A stretch of DNA of 64,000 bases from Octopus sinensis (lineage: Eukaryota), in NCBI RefSeq assembly GCF_006345805.1, contig NC_043012.1:54312001-54376000 (forward strand), written 5' to 3'. Positions 1 through 13,987 of the stretch are shown here, piece by piece. Under the pieces are notes generated by a model. It was not told the origin of the DNA. It worked only from the letters and a program-made list of their open reading frames with translations, and searched no databases. Each line of letters begins with the position of its first letter. Position 1 is the stretch's first letter. The translations under genes and the position numbers were made by a program.

Positions 1-499
1 GGTCAAACTTGTACAGTTAGCGGTCAAAACTCGCTGTTATGTCACTCCATCATCTTAAAAGAGCGGATATATTGCATAATGTGGTTCTAGAAACGTGTAA
101 CTGAAAAATAGGGACGTGACGGAACCGGACGGCCACGGCTGGAAAGCCTTTAATTATACACCTGCACGATAGGGCTAACATATCATAAAACATCGACAAA
201 AATCCACCAGGATTACTCCATCCCGGAGATAAGTCTAGAAATATCGACGATGAACCTCGGACATGTATTATTTCAGATATAAAATAAAAAGCTTGTGTGT
301 GCTATTGACGTCAAAAACTTTTAGAAATTTTCAAGAGAACGTTATGTAATTCTTCGCTGGGGAGGCAGTGGATATTGAAGCGTTATGTGCTTCGAGATCC
401 ACTGTTCCAAATAGCTCTAACAGTTCAAATACTAAAAAGTAAGCATACTCAATTTGATTTATACCAAATAATTTAGGAAAATTAATAGGTTGTTTTCCT

Positions 500-754
500 T
501 AGCTATATATAAGGATCCCTTCCAGAGGCGAATGGTTTATTTCCCTTGGGTTTTAAAATAAAATAGATATATATATAAGGTTCCCTTCCAGGAGCCCTAT
601 TATCGATTTTGTTTTCAACAATCTGAGTATGCCATGAGGTTTCCAGACATGTGTTCTACTCACGTGTCACGTTTCATCAAAATCGATAAAACGATGTAGG
701 AGGAGTTAGCTAACAACTCCACAAACAGATAGAATTTCCTACATATGTAGTAGA
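500..754 (-). mobile_element. Helitron 5' end fragment
   Basis: Minus strand begins tctactacatat...ctaactcctcc...gattttgatgaaa, similar in style to the 55583 element; no 3' end found. Confidence 0.4.
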
Positions 755-780
755 TATATTATATCTACATATATACATAT

Positions 781-866
<86 letters not shown>

Positions 867-1539
867 CCAACGTGTGTGTCACTGCATTGACAAGATAATT
901 TATAAACACCACTGGCTTTCAGATATAGTCTACTGCTGTCCTGTCATTCGTTCTAGATGAGATCACAAATCAGCCTGCCTGAAGTGAAGTTATGAACTAC
1001 GAAGCGCTAATAGATTAAGCATTAAGACTTAAAACTAGGAAAGCTTCCAGTCAACAATTATTTTTATTTTAATACATTATTTTCTCGCTGTGCTATACTT
1101 GCTCGTCTTTATGATTAGACTATCCGTATAAACGTCACGTATGTAACACTTAAACTGCCCCGACCTTTTTACCAACATTATATACGTGTTGCATGAGAGA
1201 AAACAGCGCATTATAAATACACTCGTACGCACACATTAAAGATACATGTATACAGATAAATTTACGAGTATATATACTCACACAGCTGTATCTGCACCTA
1301 TAAAAAAATAATCAGTAAGATTGAAGAGAAAGAAGAAAAAGGAAAAGGTGAAATAAAATCGAGCAATGTTATAGAAATAGACAGAAATAGTTTAACATGT
1401 ATGCAGTTCGTTTCGTTTTTGTATGCAAGGCAAAACTAGTGAACTCCAGTTCGAATCTGTGTTACGTACATTTTCCAATATTGATCTGCTATTACCTACA
1501 GGTTGATCACCAATGTAAAGTTACTTCGTTCGATGATTT

Positions 1540-1965
1540 ATCTTTTATTTTTTTAGTTGTTAGAAGCGGCCATGCTGGGGTACAGTCGTGAGGGAGTATA
1601 TTAGTGGAACTAACTGACTCTAGACCAGGCTGGTACTTACCGGTATAAGTACCAGCCTGGTCTGGTACTTATACGATCGGCCTCTTTTGCCGAACCGCTA
1701 AGTTACGGGGATGTAAACAAACGAGCACCATCCGTCAAGAGGAAGTGGGGAACAAACACAGACACAAAGATACATACGCACACATAGATATATATATACG
1801 TTGAGCTTCTTTCACTTTGCGTCTACCAAATCCAATCACAAGGCTTTGGTCGACCAAAGGCTATAGTAGAAGGCGCTTGTGCAAGGTGTCATGCAGTGGG
1901 ACTGAAACCGGAACCATATGGCTGGAAATCATTCTTCTTACCACACCGCCATGCCAGCGCCTTTT
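1540..1965 (-). mobile_element. SINE family A (diverged)
   Basis: Reverse-complement homology to 9936-10343. Confidence 0.75.
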
Positions 1966-2039
1966 CCCCATGATGTTCAGTCACGAAGTACAAACTAGTA
2001 TGTTGTTCGTGAACTTGTGTGCGTATTTGTATTAATATT

Positions 2040-3009
2040 CTTTCTACTAAAGGTTCAAGGCCCGAAATTTTGGCGTGAGGGTTGATTACATCGACCCCAG
2101 AGTTCAGCTAGTACTCATTTTATTGACCCCAAGAAGATGAAACACAAAATCAACCTCGGCGGAATGTGAACTCAGAACGTAAAAACCGACGCTAAAACCT
2201 TTTGGCCGATACGCTAACAATTCTTATTTCTTTATTGCCCACAAGAGGCGAAACATAGAGGGGATAAACAAGGACAGACAAACGGATTAAGTCGATTATA
2301 TCGACCCCAGTACGTAACTGGTACTTAATTTATCGACCCCGAAAGGATTAAAAGCAAGGTCGACCTCGGCGGAATTTGAACTAAGAGCGTAACGGCAGAC
2401 GAAATACCTATTTCTTTACTACCCACAAGGGGCTAAACATAGAGGAGACAAACAAGGACAGACAAACAGATTAAGTCGATTATATCGACCCCAGTGCGTA
2501 ACTGGTACTTATTTAATCGACCCTGAAAGAATGAATGACAAAGTCGACCTTAGCGGAATTTGAACTCAGAACGTAATGACAGACGAAATACCTATTTCTT
2601 TATTACCCACAGGGGGCTAAACACAGAGGGGACAAACAAGGACAGACATAGGTATTAAGTCGATTACATCGACCCCAGTACGTAACTGGTACTTATTTAA
2701 TCGACCCTGAAAGAATGAATGACAAAGTCGACTTTAGCGGAATTTGAACTCAGAACGTAATGACAGACGAAATACCTATTTCTTTATTACCCACAGGGGG
2801 CTAAACACAGAGGGGACAAACAAGGACAGACATAGGTATTAAGTCGATTACATCGACCCCAGTACGTAACTGGTACTTATTTAATCGACCCTGAAAGAAT
2901 GAATGACAAAGTCGACTTTAGCGGAATTTGAACTCAGAACGTAATGGCAGACGAAATACCGCTAAGCATTTCGCCTGGCACGCTAACGTGTCTGCCAGCT
3001 CGCCGCCTT
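2040..3009 (-). mobile_element. SINE family B array: one head plus 184-bp headless tandem units
   Basis: Units start at about 2225, 2409, 2593 and 2777; an older copy is adjacent. Confidence 0.9.
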
Positions 3010-3597
3010 TTACGTGTGAACTTATATCATGAATAAATATCTCTATCCAACGCAAAATAAATTTTTCTTCTTCATATTATGAAATATATTCTACTGTTCC
3101 AGCTTTTTCCATTTTTTTTTTTGCACCGATCATCGCTAGTTCTTTCAAATTCTTAGTGTTTTATAAACATATGTAGACAATATAAATATGGTCTACATTC
3201 ATTTCTTGTGTCTGTATAGATTACATATATGGAATTTTATATATTAGGTTTGTGTTACTTGGTTGTCTAAAATAAATAAGAAGGACGGATTTATTCGTAA
3301 CATAAAGCACCATTGAAATATGTGAACAAAAAAGAAAACGGGATTTGTCTGACAGGTTTAGAAGTAAGATTTAGAGATGTTGAAATAGTAAGCAAAAACA
3401 AAATAACATTTGAGTAAATAACGAAATCGTCTTATAACTGTACATATGTGCGTATGTGTGTGTATATGTGTGTGTGTATCTGTGTGTCTACATATGTTTA
3501 TGTATGTGTGTGTCTGTGTGTATTTGTGTGTGCATGTGTGTATGCATTTGCATTGAATACCTGAATACATAATTTCTTTTAATATTTCAATACTCGA

Positions 3598-4025
3598 AGG
3601 CGGCGAACCATCAAAGTCGTTCGCACGCCGGACGAACGTCCGTCTTTACGTCCTGAGTTCAAATACCGCCTAGGTCGACTTTATGTTTCATCCTTTCGGG
3701 TTCGACAAAATAAGTACAGTTGAACACTAGGGTCGGCGTAATCGGCTCATCTCTTCCCCCAACATTTCTGGCCTTGTGCCAAAATTTGAAGCCAATATTT
3801 TAAGATTCAAAAGCGGTGAGCTGCCCGAACCGTTACCGCACCGGATAGATGTTTAGCAGCATTTCTTCCGGCTTTACATTCTGAATTCAAATGTCACCGG
3901 GGTCGACTTTACCTTTCGTCCTTTCGGGGTCGACAAAAGAAGCACCAGTTGAACATTGGGGTCGATATAATCGACTTGTTTCTTCCCCTAATATTGCAGG
4001 CCTTGTGTCAGAATTTGAATCGAGT
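3598..4025 (+). mobile_element. Two older family B-related SINEs
   Basis: B box and Meta-like domain, with the alternative tail ggccttgtgccaaaatttgaa. Confidence 0.7.
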
Positions 4026-4210
4026 ATTGTAATATTTTTGAGTTGTTTTTTATTAAGTTAGACAAATGTGAGTTCCATCAAACGTGAACATGTTTCAATC
4101 AGCGGTCAAACATTTTGATTTCGACTTATAATACAAACCTGTTTCAAATGTGTCCACATTTCATGAAACTCAGTAGTTTCTGACTCCGACTGACTGAATT
4201 AGATGACACA

Positions 4211-4274
<64 letters not shown>

Positions 4275-4316
4275 ATATGTATACACACACACATGTATAT
4301 ATGTATATACATAATA

Positions 4317-4355
<39 letters not shown>

Positions 4356-5399
4356 CTTATGTATGTGAGCGTGTGTGCGCGTATGTAAATGTATATAATT
4401 ATGTACGTGCGCATGTGTGTGTGTGTGTGGATGAATAGATGGATGGATGGATGGATAGATGGATGGATGGAAACGAAAGAGTGAACAAAACGATCGTAAA
4501 TGGCACTGAACGCATTTAGCTGGAGTTAAATGTATTTAACAACAGCTTCACTCAGTTCCACATTACTGAAATTTTCGTGAGCGTCGGACTCGTTCACGTC
4601 AGATGTTTGAAGACAGAGTTGATAGAATTTGAAAGGAATTTTAAATGACTTCTAGCCATTTAAGCTTCCACTTGTCAGTTCAATCAGGTGGTTGCTTTTG
4701 CTACCATAGCGACATCAGTTATTTTAGGAGGTCTCTTTGATTGGTGCGGACAAGTTGTTGACGTTACTTTGTCGGCTGCAGAATGATATATAAACCAGCG
4801 ATATCGGTTCCTTGTAATTGCATTTTAGTGAGAACAGTTATTACATGAAAAGCTTGATGGTAATCAGGTTATGAATGAGTTCAAGCGACCAACATGAGTA
4901 GATTATAGTCTTTACCGGCAACAGGAATTGTAAACCCTGTCATTGTGTATGGGTCAGCTCGGCATAAGGCGACCTTTCCAGATTATAAGAAAGTCAAAGT
5001 CTTGAAATTAGGGAGTACCTCTGGTGGCAACAATAAGATAGGTCATTTTTTTTATCTATTGATGAATACTATGGTTGATGGAGTACACACAGTTTCTCAC
5101 GGAAGAAGACACTTGCCCAGGGTGCCACGCAGTGGGACTGAATCCGGAACCATATGGTTGGTAAGCAAGCTACTTACTATACAGCCACTCCTGCTATGTT
5201 TGATATTCTATCATTTATATATAAAGCATCACGATTTAGGAACTTAAATTGTCTTTAAAAAAAACTTAGTATGCCGTGTATTGTACAAAACAACATAAAG
5301 GAACTCAGCTCGAGCGTCTTGAGTTGGACAAGCTTGCCGTGATGCGTGAATCAGTTACTTCTTTTAGCATATCTAACTCCAGTACAAGGTCTAGTGCTT

Positions 5400-5720
5400 T
5401 CTGCGGTGTGTTGGCATGTGTGCGTCATTAACCCTGAGAGCTATGCCCATGTAGTGTCGGCTCCTGATATAGCCTCCCATACTGGACAGGTCGAAGGATA
5501 GAGGCCAGGCCTATATGGATATGGACCACCTCTTGCTAGAGGTAAAAATTGGTTTGCGTAGAGCCGATAACTCTAACTAGAAAAAAGCATAGTTATTACT
5601 CAAAACCCCCTAGATCTGGGCGAGGTCTTTCATCAAAAAAAGACAGCTCAGAGTCGAGAACTGTGGAGAAAACTCGTCGACGGCTAATGCACCATATGGA
5701 GCGAAAGGTTTAAATAAGTT
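5400..5720 (+). mobile_element. Bipartite non-autonomous RTE-clade derivative (5'UTR fused to 3' end)
   Basis: accctgagagctatgcc...gcctcccatactggacaggtcgaagg resembles RTE 5'UTRs. The end gctcagagtcgagaactgtggagaaaactcgtcgacggc...taagt resembles RTE 3' termini. Confidence 0.55.
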
Positions 5721-6341
5721 AGTAAAGTTTTGCAGATTTAGCTATCACTTAAAAACTTTCCTTAATTGTCTAATACTTTATTTAGTTGACACTAGTAAAG
5801 ATGTAAAAACAAAGTCGACAGTAGCTGGATTTGAACTAAGAACGTTAAAAAAACATTGTGAGGAAGTGAAATACATAGTGGTATTTCCTCCATCGTTCAA
5901 ACTGATTCTGTCGACCCAGCGCCTTTAGTTAGCAGAGTCAGCAAAATAATCCACTGGAGTATTTCTATGACCATCTAAACGTTCGCTACTTCAACCAGAT
6001 GCAGTGAAAGATTATACTACAATCGACCTATAAAGGTCAAATATTTTATATTGATGGAATGATAACAGGCAGTTAAAAACACAAGAGTTATTTAATTTGA
6101 AACATAATTGCTTTTTTCGCGGTGTTTGCATGTTATGTATATATAATTATTGATTATTTTCTTAATCAATGTACTGTAACTACAATAATGAGATCTCATT
6201 TTCAGGATGGGTCATATATTTGTTATAGGGGCCGGACAGAATCGATTAAATCGACATTATTAGTACTTATTTTTATCGTCCCTGGGGGAATTTTATAGTC
6301 ATTTTAGTGAGGATTAAAAAGAAATACGTAGTAAAAAAACT

Positions 6342-6759
6342 GGATCTTTTCGGTTTGAACGGCAGTTTTTAACATAATTTCTAGGTAACTAAAAAATTTT
6401 AAACTTCGTATACTGGTAGAATGTGTTTATAAAACATCTTTTTCTCTTGGCTTTATTGAGAAAATTCTATAGTTTGTAAGATATTTGTTGTTTTTTTTTC
6501 TTCAATTTCTGGAATTTCAACCAATCAATGACGTCCATTGAGGTAATAAACATTCTGTGCCGTATGAATATGTCCCTCGTTTAAAAAACAGATTGGGTTT
6601 ATTTACATTTGTGAAGAAAATAAGATACCCTTCCCCCCACCCCTAACCCTAACCCTAACAGAGATTGAAATGCAATAGATCGATACTAGGGTCATAATTA
6701 TGGGTGACAATTTCATATGACACCGCTACAAAAAACTGCCGTTCACACCGAAAAGATCC
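6342..6759. mobile_element. MITE with ~28-bp TIRs and 8-bp TSD (Merlin/MULE-like termini)
   Basis: TIR ggatcttttcggtttgaacggcagttttt; TSD aaaaaact; internal (ccctaa)3. Confidence 0.9.
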
Positions 6760-7782
6760 AAAAAACTAAATACTATCAAGCAGTTTCTTTTCACTCACGA
6801 GGATTTGATCGACTCGAGGTTACGTTTGAGCTTTAATGTGTCCATAACCGGGGAAGCACGACATTCAGATTATGGCAGATGCCTGACGGCAGGTATTCGC
6901 TTGGCTGCACGTTTCTGAACAGTTTCCAGAAGGTTGATATGCTGAGCAAGATAGTGATGCAAACCGATGCTTGTGTGAACTTAGCCACTTCACAAAAGTG
7001 TGGACGTACCATGGTCATATACAGTTTTAAATAGAGAGCTGGAGAGCGGATGAAAAGCTAAAGAGCGAGGATTTAACTGCCGCTATCTTCGTATTCACAG
7101 TGTAATGGGATATATCTAGCGATTGTTCCCTTGCTATATTAATACTGATTTCTCTTCTTACATTGGTACAAAACCACCATTTTATCAAGAAGGTGTAATG
7201 TCGATTGAAATTGAATCAACTATCAGTATATTACTGGTACTTCTCTTAATGACTTCGAAAGGAGAAAATGCAAGGGCACTCCATATCAGACTTGAGCGTA
7301 TAATATAAGTAAGGTTACAAAATCCTACAACAACTGTGATACTTTTTAGGGCTTCCGTAAGTGTTAAGGGTAACGGAAGAAGCTATCTTCAGGCTGAGGA
7401 TATGGCTTGGAAGTCTCTGACTTAGTGTACTCTGTTATCGACACGAAACGATCAGATGGTAGTTTACAGAAAGAGCCGCATTAAGGAGCAGTCTTTTGAT
7501 GAGCTTCTGTGCAGTTTCTGTCAACCAAATTGAATTTGCAAAGCTTTGACCGATCTAAGGTTATAGTAAAAAGAAAAGAAATTAAATAACTCACTTTCAC
7601 CATGATGGTGTGCAGTGATATCGAACCTAAAATAAGCGACATTGCGAAACGAATATCTTAATCATTCCACTAGATCTACTAAGAAGTCACATCTTGTTCG
7701 GAGGCGTTAACCAGTCATTCCCTGATACTTCACCTTACATGGCAATGGTTAAGCTTGACGTCATATATTGTACCAGGTTGAA

Positions 7783-8014
7783 GGCGGTGAGCTGGCAGAA
7801 ACGTTAGCACGCCGGGCGAAATGCGTTGCCGTATTTTCGTCTGTCGTTACGTTCTGAGTTCAAATTCCGCCGAGGTCGACTTTACCTTTCATCCTTCCGG
7901 GGTCGATAAATTAAGTACCAGTTACGCACTGGGGTCGATGTAATCGACTTAATCCCTTTGTCTGTCCTTGTTTGTCTCCTCTGTGTTTAGCTCCTTGTGG
8001 GTAGTAAAGAAATA
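7783..8014 (+). mobile_element. SINE family B monomer with long TSD
   Basis: Head ggcggtgagctggcagaa, B box gagttcaaattcc, Meta-like domain cctttcatccttccggggtcgataaa; TSD atatattgtaccaggtt. Confidence 0.9.
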
Positions 8015-8081
8015 TATATTGTACCAGGTTAAGTTGGAAGTGAAGACGTTTATGTCTTTCCCAAAGATATTATCACTCTCT

Positions 8082-8211
8082 CTTTTATTCTTTTACTTGT
8101 TTCAATCATTTGACTGCGGCCATGCTGGAGCACCGCCTTTAGTCGAGCAAATCGACCTCAGGACAAGCATCGGTTGTCAAGCGATGTTGGTGGGACAAAC
8201 ACAGACACGCG

Positions 8212-8245
<34 letters not shown>

Positions 8246-8438
8246 CTCACACACACACACATGTACATAAACATATATACGATGGGCTTCTTTCAGTTTG
8301 CGTCTGCTAAATCCACTCACAAGGCTTTGGTCGGCCCGAGGCTATAGTAGAAGACACTTGCCCAAGGTGCCAATCAGTGGGACTGAACCCAGAACCATGT
8401 GGTTGGTAAGCAAGCTACTTACCACACAGCCACTCCTG
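8082..8438 (-). mobile_element. SINE family A (internally deleted)
   Basis: Homology to the family A head and tail. Confidence 0.85.
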
Positions 8439-8911
8439 CAAATTTCTTCAGCAACTCTTTTACGTGGAGGCAAAGAGTATCGAAACCACGTTGCTATGTA
8501 AACTCACTAGCAACTTTATGTAATGTTCTACGAATTACGTCACATCTGTTTCCGTACATCAGTAACACTCAAATATATTGTTTATTTTCTTTTTTACTCA
8601 CTCGTGTTTTACAGAGCAAATAAAAATAGTTTAGTGCATTTTGTACATAGAGTGAAAAGAAAAATATGTATTTAAAAAGTTTGTATTTATAGAGCTCAAC
8701 TTCGAAAGATAAATAATTTAAACCTCTCTCAGTTTAGTTTGATTGACACTTTCGCGGTTTATATTTCTTGCATTAAGACTTTATGTTTAGAAATATTGGT
8801 GTATTGTTCACAGTTTTTAAATAAATATTTATTTTCGCGGCGCACCAAGATATATCACGAAGTACATCAGCGAAGGCGGTAGCGCTGGCGGTGGAGGTGG
8901 CGGTGATAGTG

Positions 8912-8943
<32 letters not shown>

Positions 8944-9464
8944 GGTAGTGGTGGTGATGGTGGTGGTGGTGGTGGTGGTGATGGTGGTAGTCGTTCTCGT
9001 CGTTGCGGCCGTCGCAGCCATGGTACGGTTGGATATTTTCTTCTTTGACTACATTATTCTAAATATCAAATGTATTGTCATTACAAGGTCAAATGATATT
9101 TTGCCATCCATACTACAATCAGCATATCAAATGTTATGCGTCACTATATACATGTGTGTATGTATGTATGTATGTATGGATGGATGGATGGATGGGTGTG
9201 TATATGTATGTATGTTTTTATGTATGTAGGTATGTACGTACGTATATATGTGTGTATGTATGTATGTGACTCTTGAGTCCAGCGTTGCCAATTTTGTACA
9301 AGACATTGTAGATCTTTGGCTGGGCTAAAAAGGCACATTCGATCACAGCACCAGTAACAGTTAAGCTTCGTGCAATGGCTATACTCGATAACGAGGGTGC
9401 AGCCGTAATGTATGTATGTACGTATGTATGTATGTTTCTCTGCCCTTTGATGGGTTACGTTAGG

Positions 9465-10831
9465 GGTCTCGATGATTGGATCCCGCACCAATAGAATGGG
9501 GCTAATCTCGCCCAACAGATCTATAACTGCGATCCGTTGCAGAAGCGTGAAGAAAACGATCTTTTTTAAGAGAATGGTGACAGGGGACGAAAAACGGATC
9601 GTCTACAACATTATGAGGCACAAACGATCATGGGGGAAGGAGAAGGACGTGATCCGAAGAAGGTTATGCTTTCAATTTTTGTTTTTACGAGCTTCTTCCC
9701 ACAGAGAAGATTATCAATTCGGATGTGTACTGTGAGAAGTTGGACAAATTAAGCGCAGCGATCCATCAGAAGAGTCCAGCATTTGCTAGCCGTAACGCCA
9801 TTGGCTTCCATCACGACAATGCCAGGCCGTTCTTTGCAAACGCGGCAGACGTTACTTGGGTTTGGTTAGGAAATTTTGCTGCACCTTTCATATTTGCCTA
9901 CATGTCCGGTAAGTTTATTGCCATCAGTTGTCATAGGCGTAGGAGTGGCTGTGTGGTAAGTAGCTTGCTTACCAACCACATGGTTCCGGGTTCAGTCCCA
10001 CTGCGTTGCACCTTGGGCTAGTGTCTTCTACTATAGCCGCGGGCCGACCAAAGCTTTGTGAGTGTATTTGGTAACGGAAACTGAAAGAAGCACGTCGTAT
10101 ATATGTATGTATATATGTATGTGTGTGTATATGTTTGTGTGTCTGTGTGTGTCCCACCAACATCGCTTGACAACCGATACTGGTGTGTTTACGTCCCCGT
10201 AATTTAGAAGTTCGGCAAAAGAGACCGATAGAATAAGTAGTAGGCTTACAAAGAATAAGTCCTGGGGTCGATTTGCTCGACTAAAGGCGGTGCTCCAGCA
10301 TGACCGCAGTCAAATGACTGAAACACGTAAAAGAGTAAAAGAGTTCACCGCACAAAAAGTTCATCGTCATCAATTCACCGTTTTTTTAGGAGGAGGTTTC
10401 CAATAAAATAGTTTTTAACTATTAATAGAGAAATACTCTGGATATATTTTCTCGGTAAACTTGCCTTTCAATAAACTTTCCTCGCGGTGAACGTTCTTCA
10501 CGGTAAACTGATGACGGTGAACTCACCTACAATTATTCGCCCAACCTTGCACCTTCAGATTTCCCCTGCATCAGTCTCTTCAAAATTCATTGAATGGACA
10601 GGTTTTCAGCTCTAAAGAGGATGTAAAAATTCACCTGGAAGAGTTTTCCGCCAATAAAGACAGACAGGTCTTTGAGTGGGGTCTGCTCACAAAACGGATC
10701 TCCTCACAAGATGTCAGAAAATATATAACGAAATGGTAATTATATTACTGATTGAATAAATCGCTTTGTGATTAAAACTTGCATCTTACTTTCCTTTAAA
10801 AAAAATGGAACGAACTTTTTGATCAACCCAG
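9465..10831 (+). mobile_element. Degenerate mariner transposon interrupted by a MITE-like piece and a SINE
   Basis: Motifs VTGDEK, HHDNARP and YSPNLAPSDF (~10535). Right TIR aaaaatggaacgaactttttgatcaacccag followed by TA. Confidence 0.85.
9936..10343 (+). mobile_element. tRNA-derived SINE family A, full length
   Basis: A box tggctgtgtggt, B box ggttcagtccc, ccttgggc core, internal TA/TG microsatellite, (gtaaaaga)n tail. Confidence 0.9.
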
Positions 10832-11472
10832 TATATTAAAACCTAGTTAACTCTAAAATTAATGAGAAGCAGGCAGCCCTGTTTTTTTTGTTTTTTTTTT
10901 GCTCATTCATTCTAAAATATATTTATTAGTTTGCACTGAATCATTCTTTGCATACGTCATACTTGGGTGAATATTTCCGTGTTTCCACATGTGCATATAT
11001 ATTTTTAATTCTTAATAATAAGAGAATATAAATAAGATTTGTCTCGTCCAAAAGGAAATGGTTATAAAATATTCACTAACTCACTAAGTAACCAGCATTC
11101 ATCGTGACACAATCTCTCTGTTCATCCCGGGAGTTGTCTAAATAAATCAGAAGGTTAATAGCGTTGCTCTAATAGATTTAATAATTCATAATTAAGAATT
11201 TCCTTCAGTGTTTTTGTTTTCTTCTGTCTGAAGCAACACTATGGCAGCTCTCTCTCTCTCTCTCCCTCTCTCTCTCTCTCTCCCTCTCTCTCTCTCCCTC
11301 TCTCTCTCTCCCCCTCTCTCTCTCTCGTCTACAAAATACACATGTGAAATTATTTGCAGACATATTTATTTCTTACAAGCAGTGCACAAACTGACTGCAT
11401 TTCTTCTGAACATATGCACACAATAATATGTCTAATGTATGCATAGATGCATATGTAATATATGTATGTATG

Positions 11473-11503
<31 letters not shown>

Positions 11504-11605
11504 ATGCATATACATAAGTATAAATATATGTATGTATATATAATGTGTGAATATATATATGCGTATTTATAAAGATATATATGCATACTTATATATATAC
11601 TCTTA

Positions 11606-11982
11606 CTCTCTCTTTTACTCCTTTACTTGTTTCAGTCATTTGACTGTGGCCATGCTGGAGCGCCGCTTTTAGTCGACCCCAGGACGTATTCTTTGTAAGC
11701 CTAGTACTTATTCTATCGGTCTCTTTTGCCGAACCGCTAAGTTTTTGGGGGGATAAACACAGACTCACAAACATATACATACACACACATACATATATAT
11801 AGAGAGAAAGGGAGAGAGATGCAACGGGCTTCTTTCAGTTTCCGTCTACCAAATTCACTCACAAAGCTTTGGTCGGCCCGAGGCTATAGTAGAAGACACT
11901 TGCCTATGGTGCCACACAGTGGGACTGAACCTGGAACCATGTGGTTCGTAAGCAAACTACTTACCACACAGCCACTCCTGCG

Positions 11983-12047
<65 letters not shown>

Positions 12048-12250
12048 CTTTTCACTTGTTCCAGTCATTAGACTGCGACCATGCTGGTGTACCGCCTTGT
12101 AGAATTTTTAGTCAAATGAATCGACCTCAGCACATATAGCTCTTTTGAACCTGATACTTATTCTACCAATCACTTTTGCTGAACTGCTAGGTTACGTTGA
12201 CGTAACCACACCAACACCGGTTGTCAAGTGGTGGTTGGCACAAACATAGA
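11606..12250 (-). mobile_element. SINE family A copy plus an adjacent tail fragment
   Basis: Homology to family A. Confidence 0.85.
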
Positions 12251-12907
12251 CACAAAGATACATACACACATAGATATATACTTGTGTTTATACGCACACA
12301 AACATAGATATATACGTGCACAGAGACACAAACACTCACACCATTCTGACCTCTAAGACTAGTCCCAAAAATCACTGAACCATGATAGACTAGCCCAGAA
12401 ACAAAAAAATCTTTTTAATTCCATATTGCTCCTCCTTCCCCCACCCCAACCAACCTCCCACACTGTCCCCTAAAATAGCAAACATTCCTTAGCTACACAC
12501 AAAACAGAAAAATGCCCAAAAGACAGGTTGGTCTCTCTCTAATTTTTGTAAATTCTTAAACATATCTCCTGTGTATATATATACTACCAAACAAACATGA
12601 TTTTTATTGAACTCCTAATACTTTTTGTTGAATATTTTCTTAGATACTTTGTTTTTAACATTTTCTTATAATTATCAAAGAATGTTTATATGTATTTTAA
12701 TACTTTTGTGACAACCAGTACTTAACACAACAAAGCTTATACAAAACTTTACATTTTCCTTTTGACAATCTTTTTCTAAAAAAGTGAAACAGGTCAAGTG
12801 AATAAGCATCTTTAAAACTGCATTTTCAAACCTTCTTTCATATATATATGAATCCAATAATACTATTCCACATATGCAAAAACAGCCATACCAACAATCT
12901 AACATAC

Positions 12908-12973
12908 CGCCATCATCAGCTGCCCCACGGATATCATTATGGTTTCGACACCTGGGCAGTACCATTCAATCCG
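12908..12973 (-). ncRNA. Putative non-circularly permuted (rearranged) hammerhead ribozyme, copy 1
   Basis: Minus strand reads cggat-tga-AUGG-UA/CUGCCC-agg-UGUC-GAAA-CCAU-aaugau-auccg-ug-GGGCAG-CUGAUGA-u-GGCG. Stem III = AUGGU/ACCAU, stem I = CUGCCC/GGGCAG, stem II = UGUC/GGCG, GUA cleavage triplet. The strand order is not a circular permutation. Confidence 0.7.
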
Positions 12974-13329
12974 GTGGCGTCCAACAACACTAAAATAAGT
13001 GTTGTTTAGGAACAAACAAAGCAAAGAAACCACAACTTTCAAACACATTTACCCTATGTTCAACCGTATCGATGAATAAATTCAATAAATAAATTACAAC
13101 CACACCTAAATACGTAACTAAACAGCGACAACTCAATTAAGTCATACAAAAATTATGATCCCTACCGTCTTCCGTAGTAGAATATAAAAGTAAAAGCTTA
13201 ATAACCACATTATTTCAATCAATCAATTTATAGACAGGATTAAACACTAACTTTAATTAAAACTACAACAAAGTGACATATAAACCAATGTACATTGTAT
13301 CGGTATTAATAGTAAACTGCAATAACTAC

Positions 13330-13361
<32 letters not shown>

Positions 13362-13987
13362 TGTGTGTGTGTATGTATGCATGTATGTATGTACGTAAGT
13401 ATATGTATGTATGTATGTATTATGTATGTATGGATGCATGTATGTATGTATGTATGTATGTATATATGCATGTATATGTAAGTATGTATGTAGGTATGTA
13501 GTTAGGAAAGTAGGTAGGTTGGTAGGTAGGTAGGTAGGTAGGTAGGTCGGTAGGTAGGTAGGTAGGTAGGTAGGTAGGTAGGTAGGTAGGTCGCTAGCTA
13601 GCTATATATATATATATATGTGTGATGAAGGCACGTGGCTTAGTGGTTAGGGCATTCAGCTCACAATTGTACGATCGTGAGTTCAATTCCCGGCGACGCG
13701 TTGTGTCCTTGAGCAAGACACTTTATTTCACATTGCTCCAGTCCTGTATTTTCTTTTACCCAAAGCCAGGAATTTTTCAGCATCTCAGCAATCCCACGGT
13801 AGGGATTATAATTTTTGTACGACTTAATGGATTGGTCGCTGATTAGTTACGTATTTAGGAGTTAGTTTTTACTTATTGAATTTATTTACCGAAACGGTTG
13901 TACATAGGGTAAATGCGTTTGAAAGTTGTGACTTCTTTGCTTTATTTGTTCCCAAAGAACACTTATTTTAGTGTTGTTGGACACCGC

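Noticed and set aside
200-312. Possible decayed RLE motif (PD.IISD...C..IDV)
   Set aside because: Needs several frameshifts and is too short to support.
2222-2960. Regular repeat array resembling CRISPR
   Set aside because: Units are contiguous SINE bodies with no unique spacers, and the context is eukaryotic.
7325-7400. Minus-strand CUGAAGA followed by a hairpin
   Set aside because: No GAAA, and stem III and the cleavage triplet are unconvincing.
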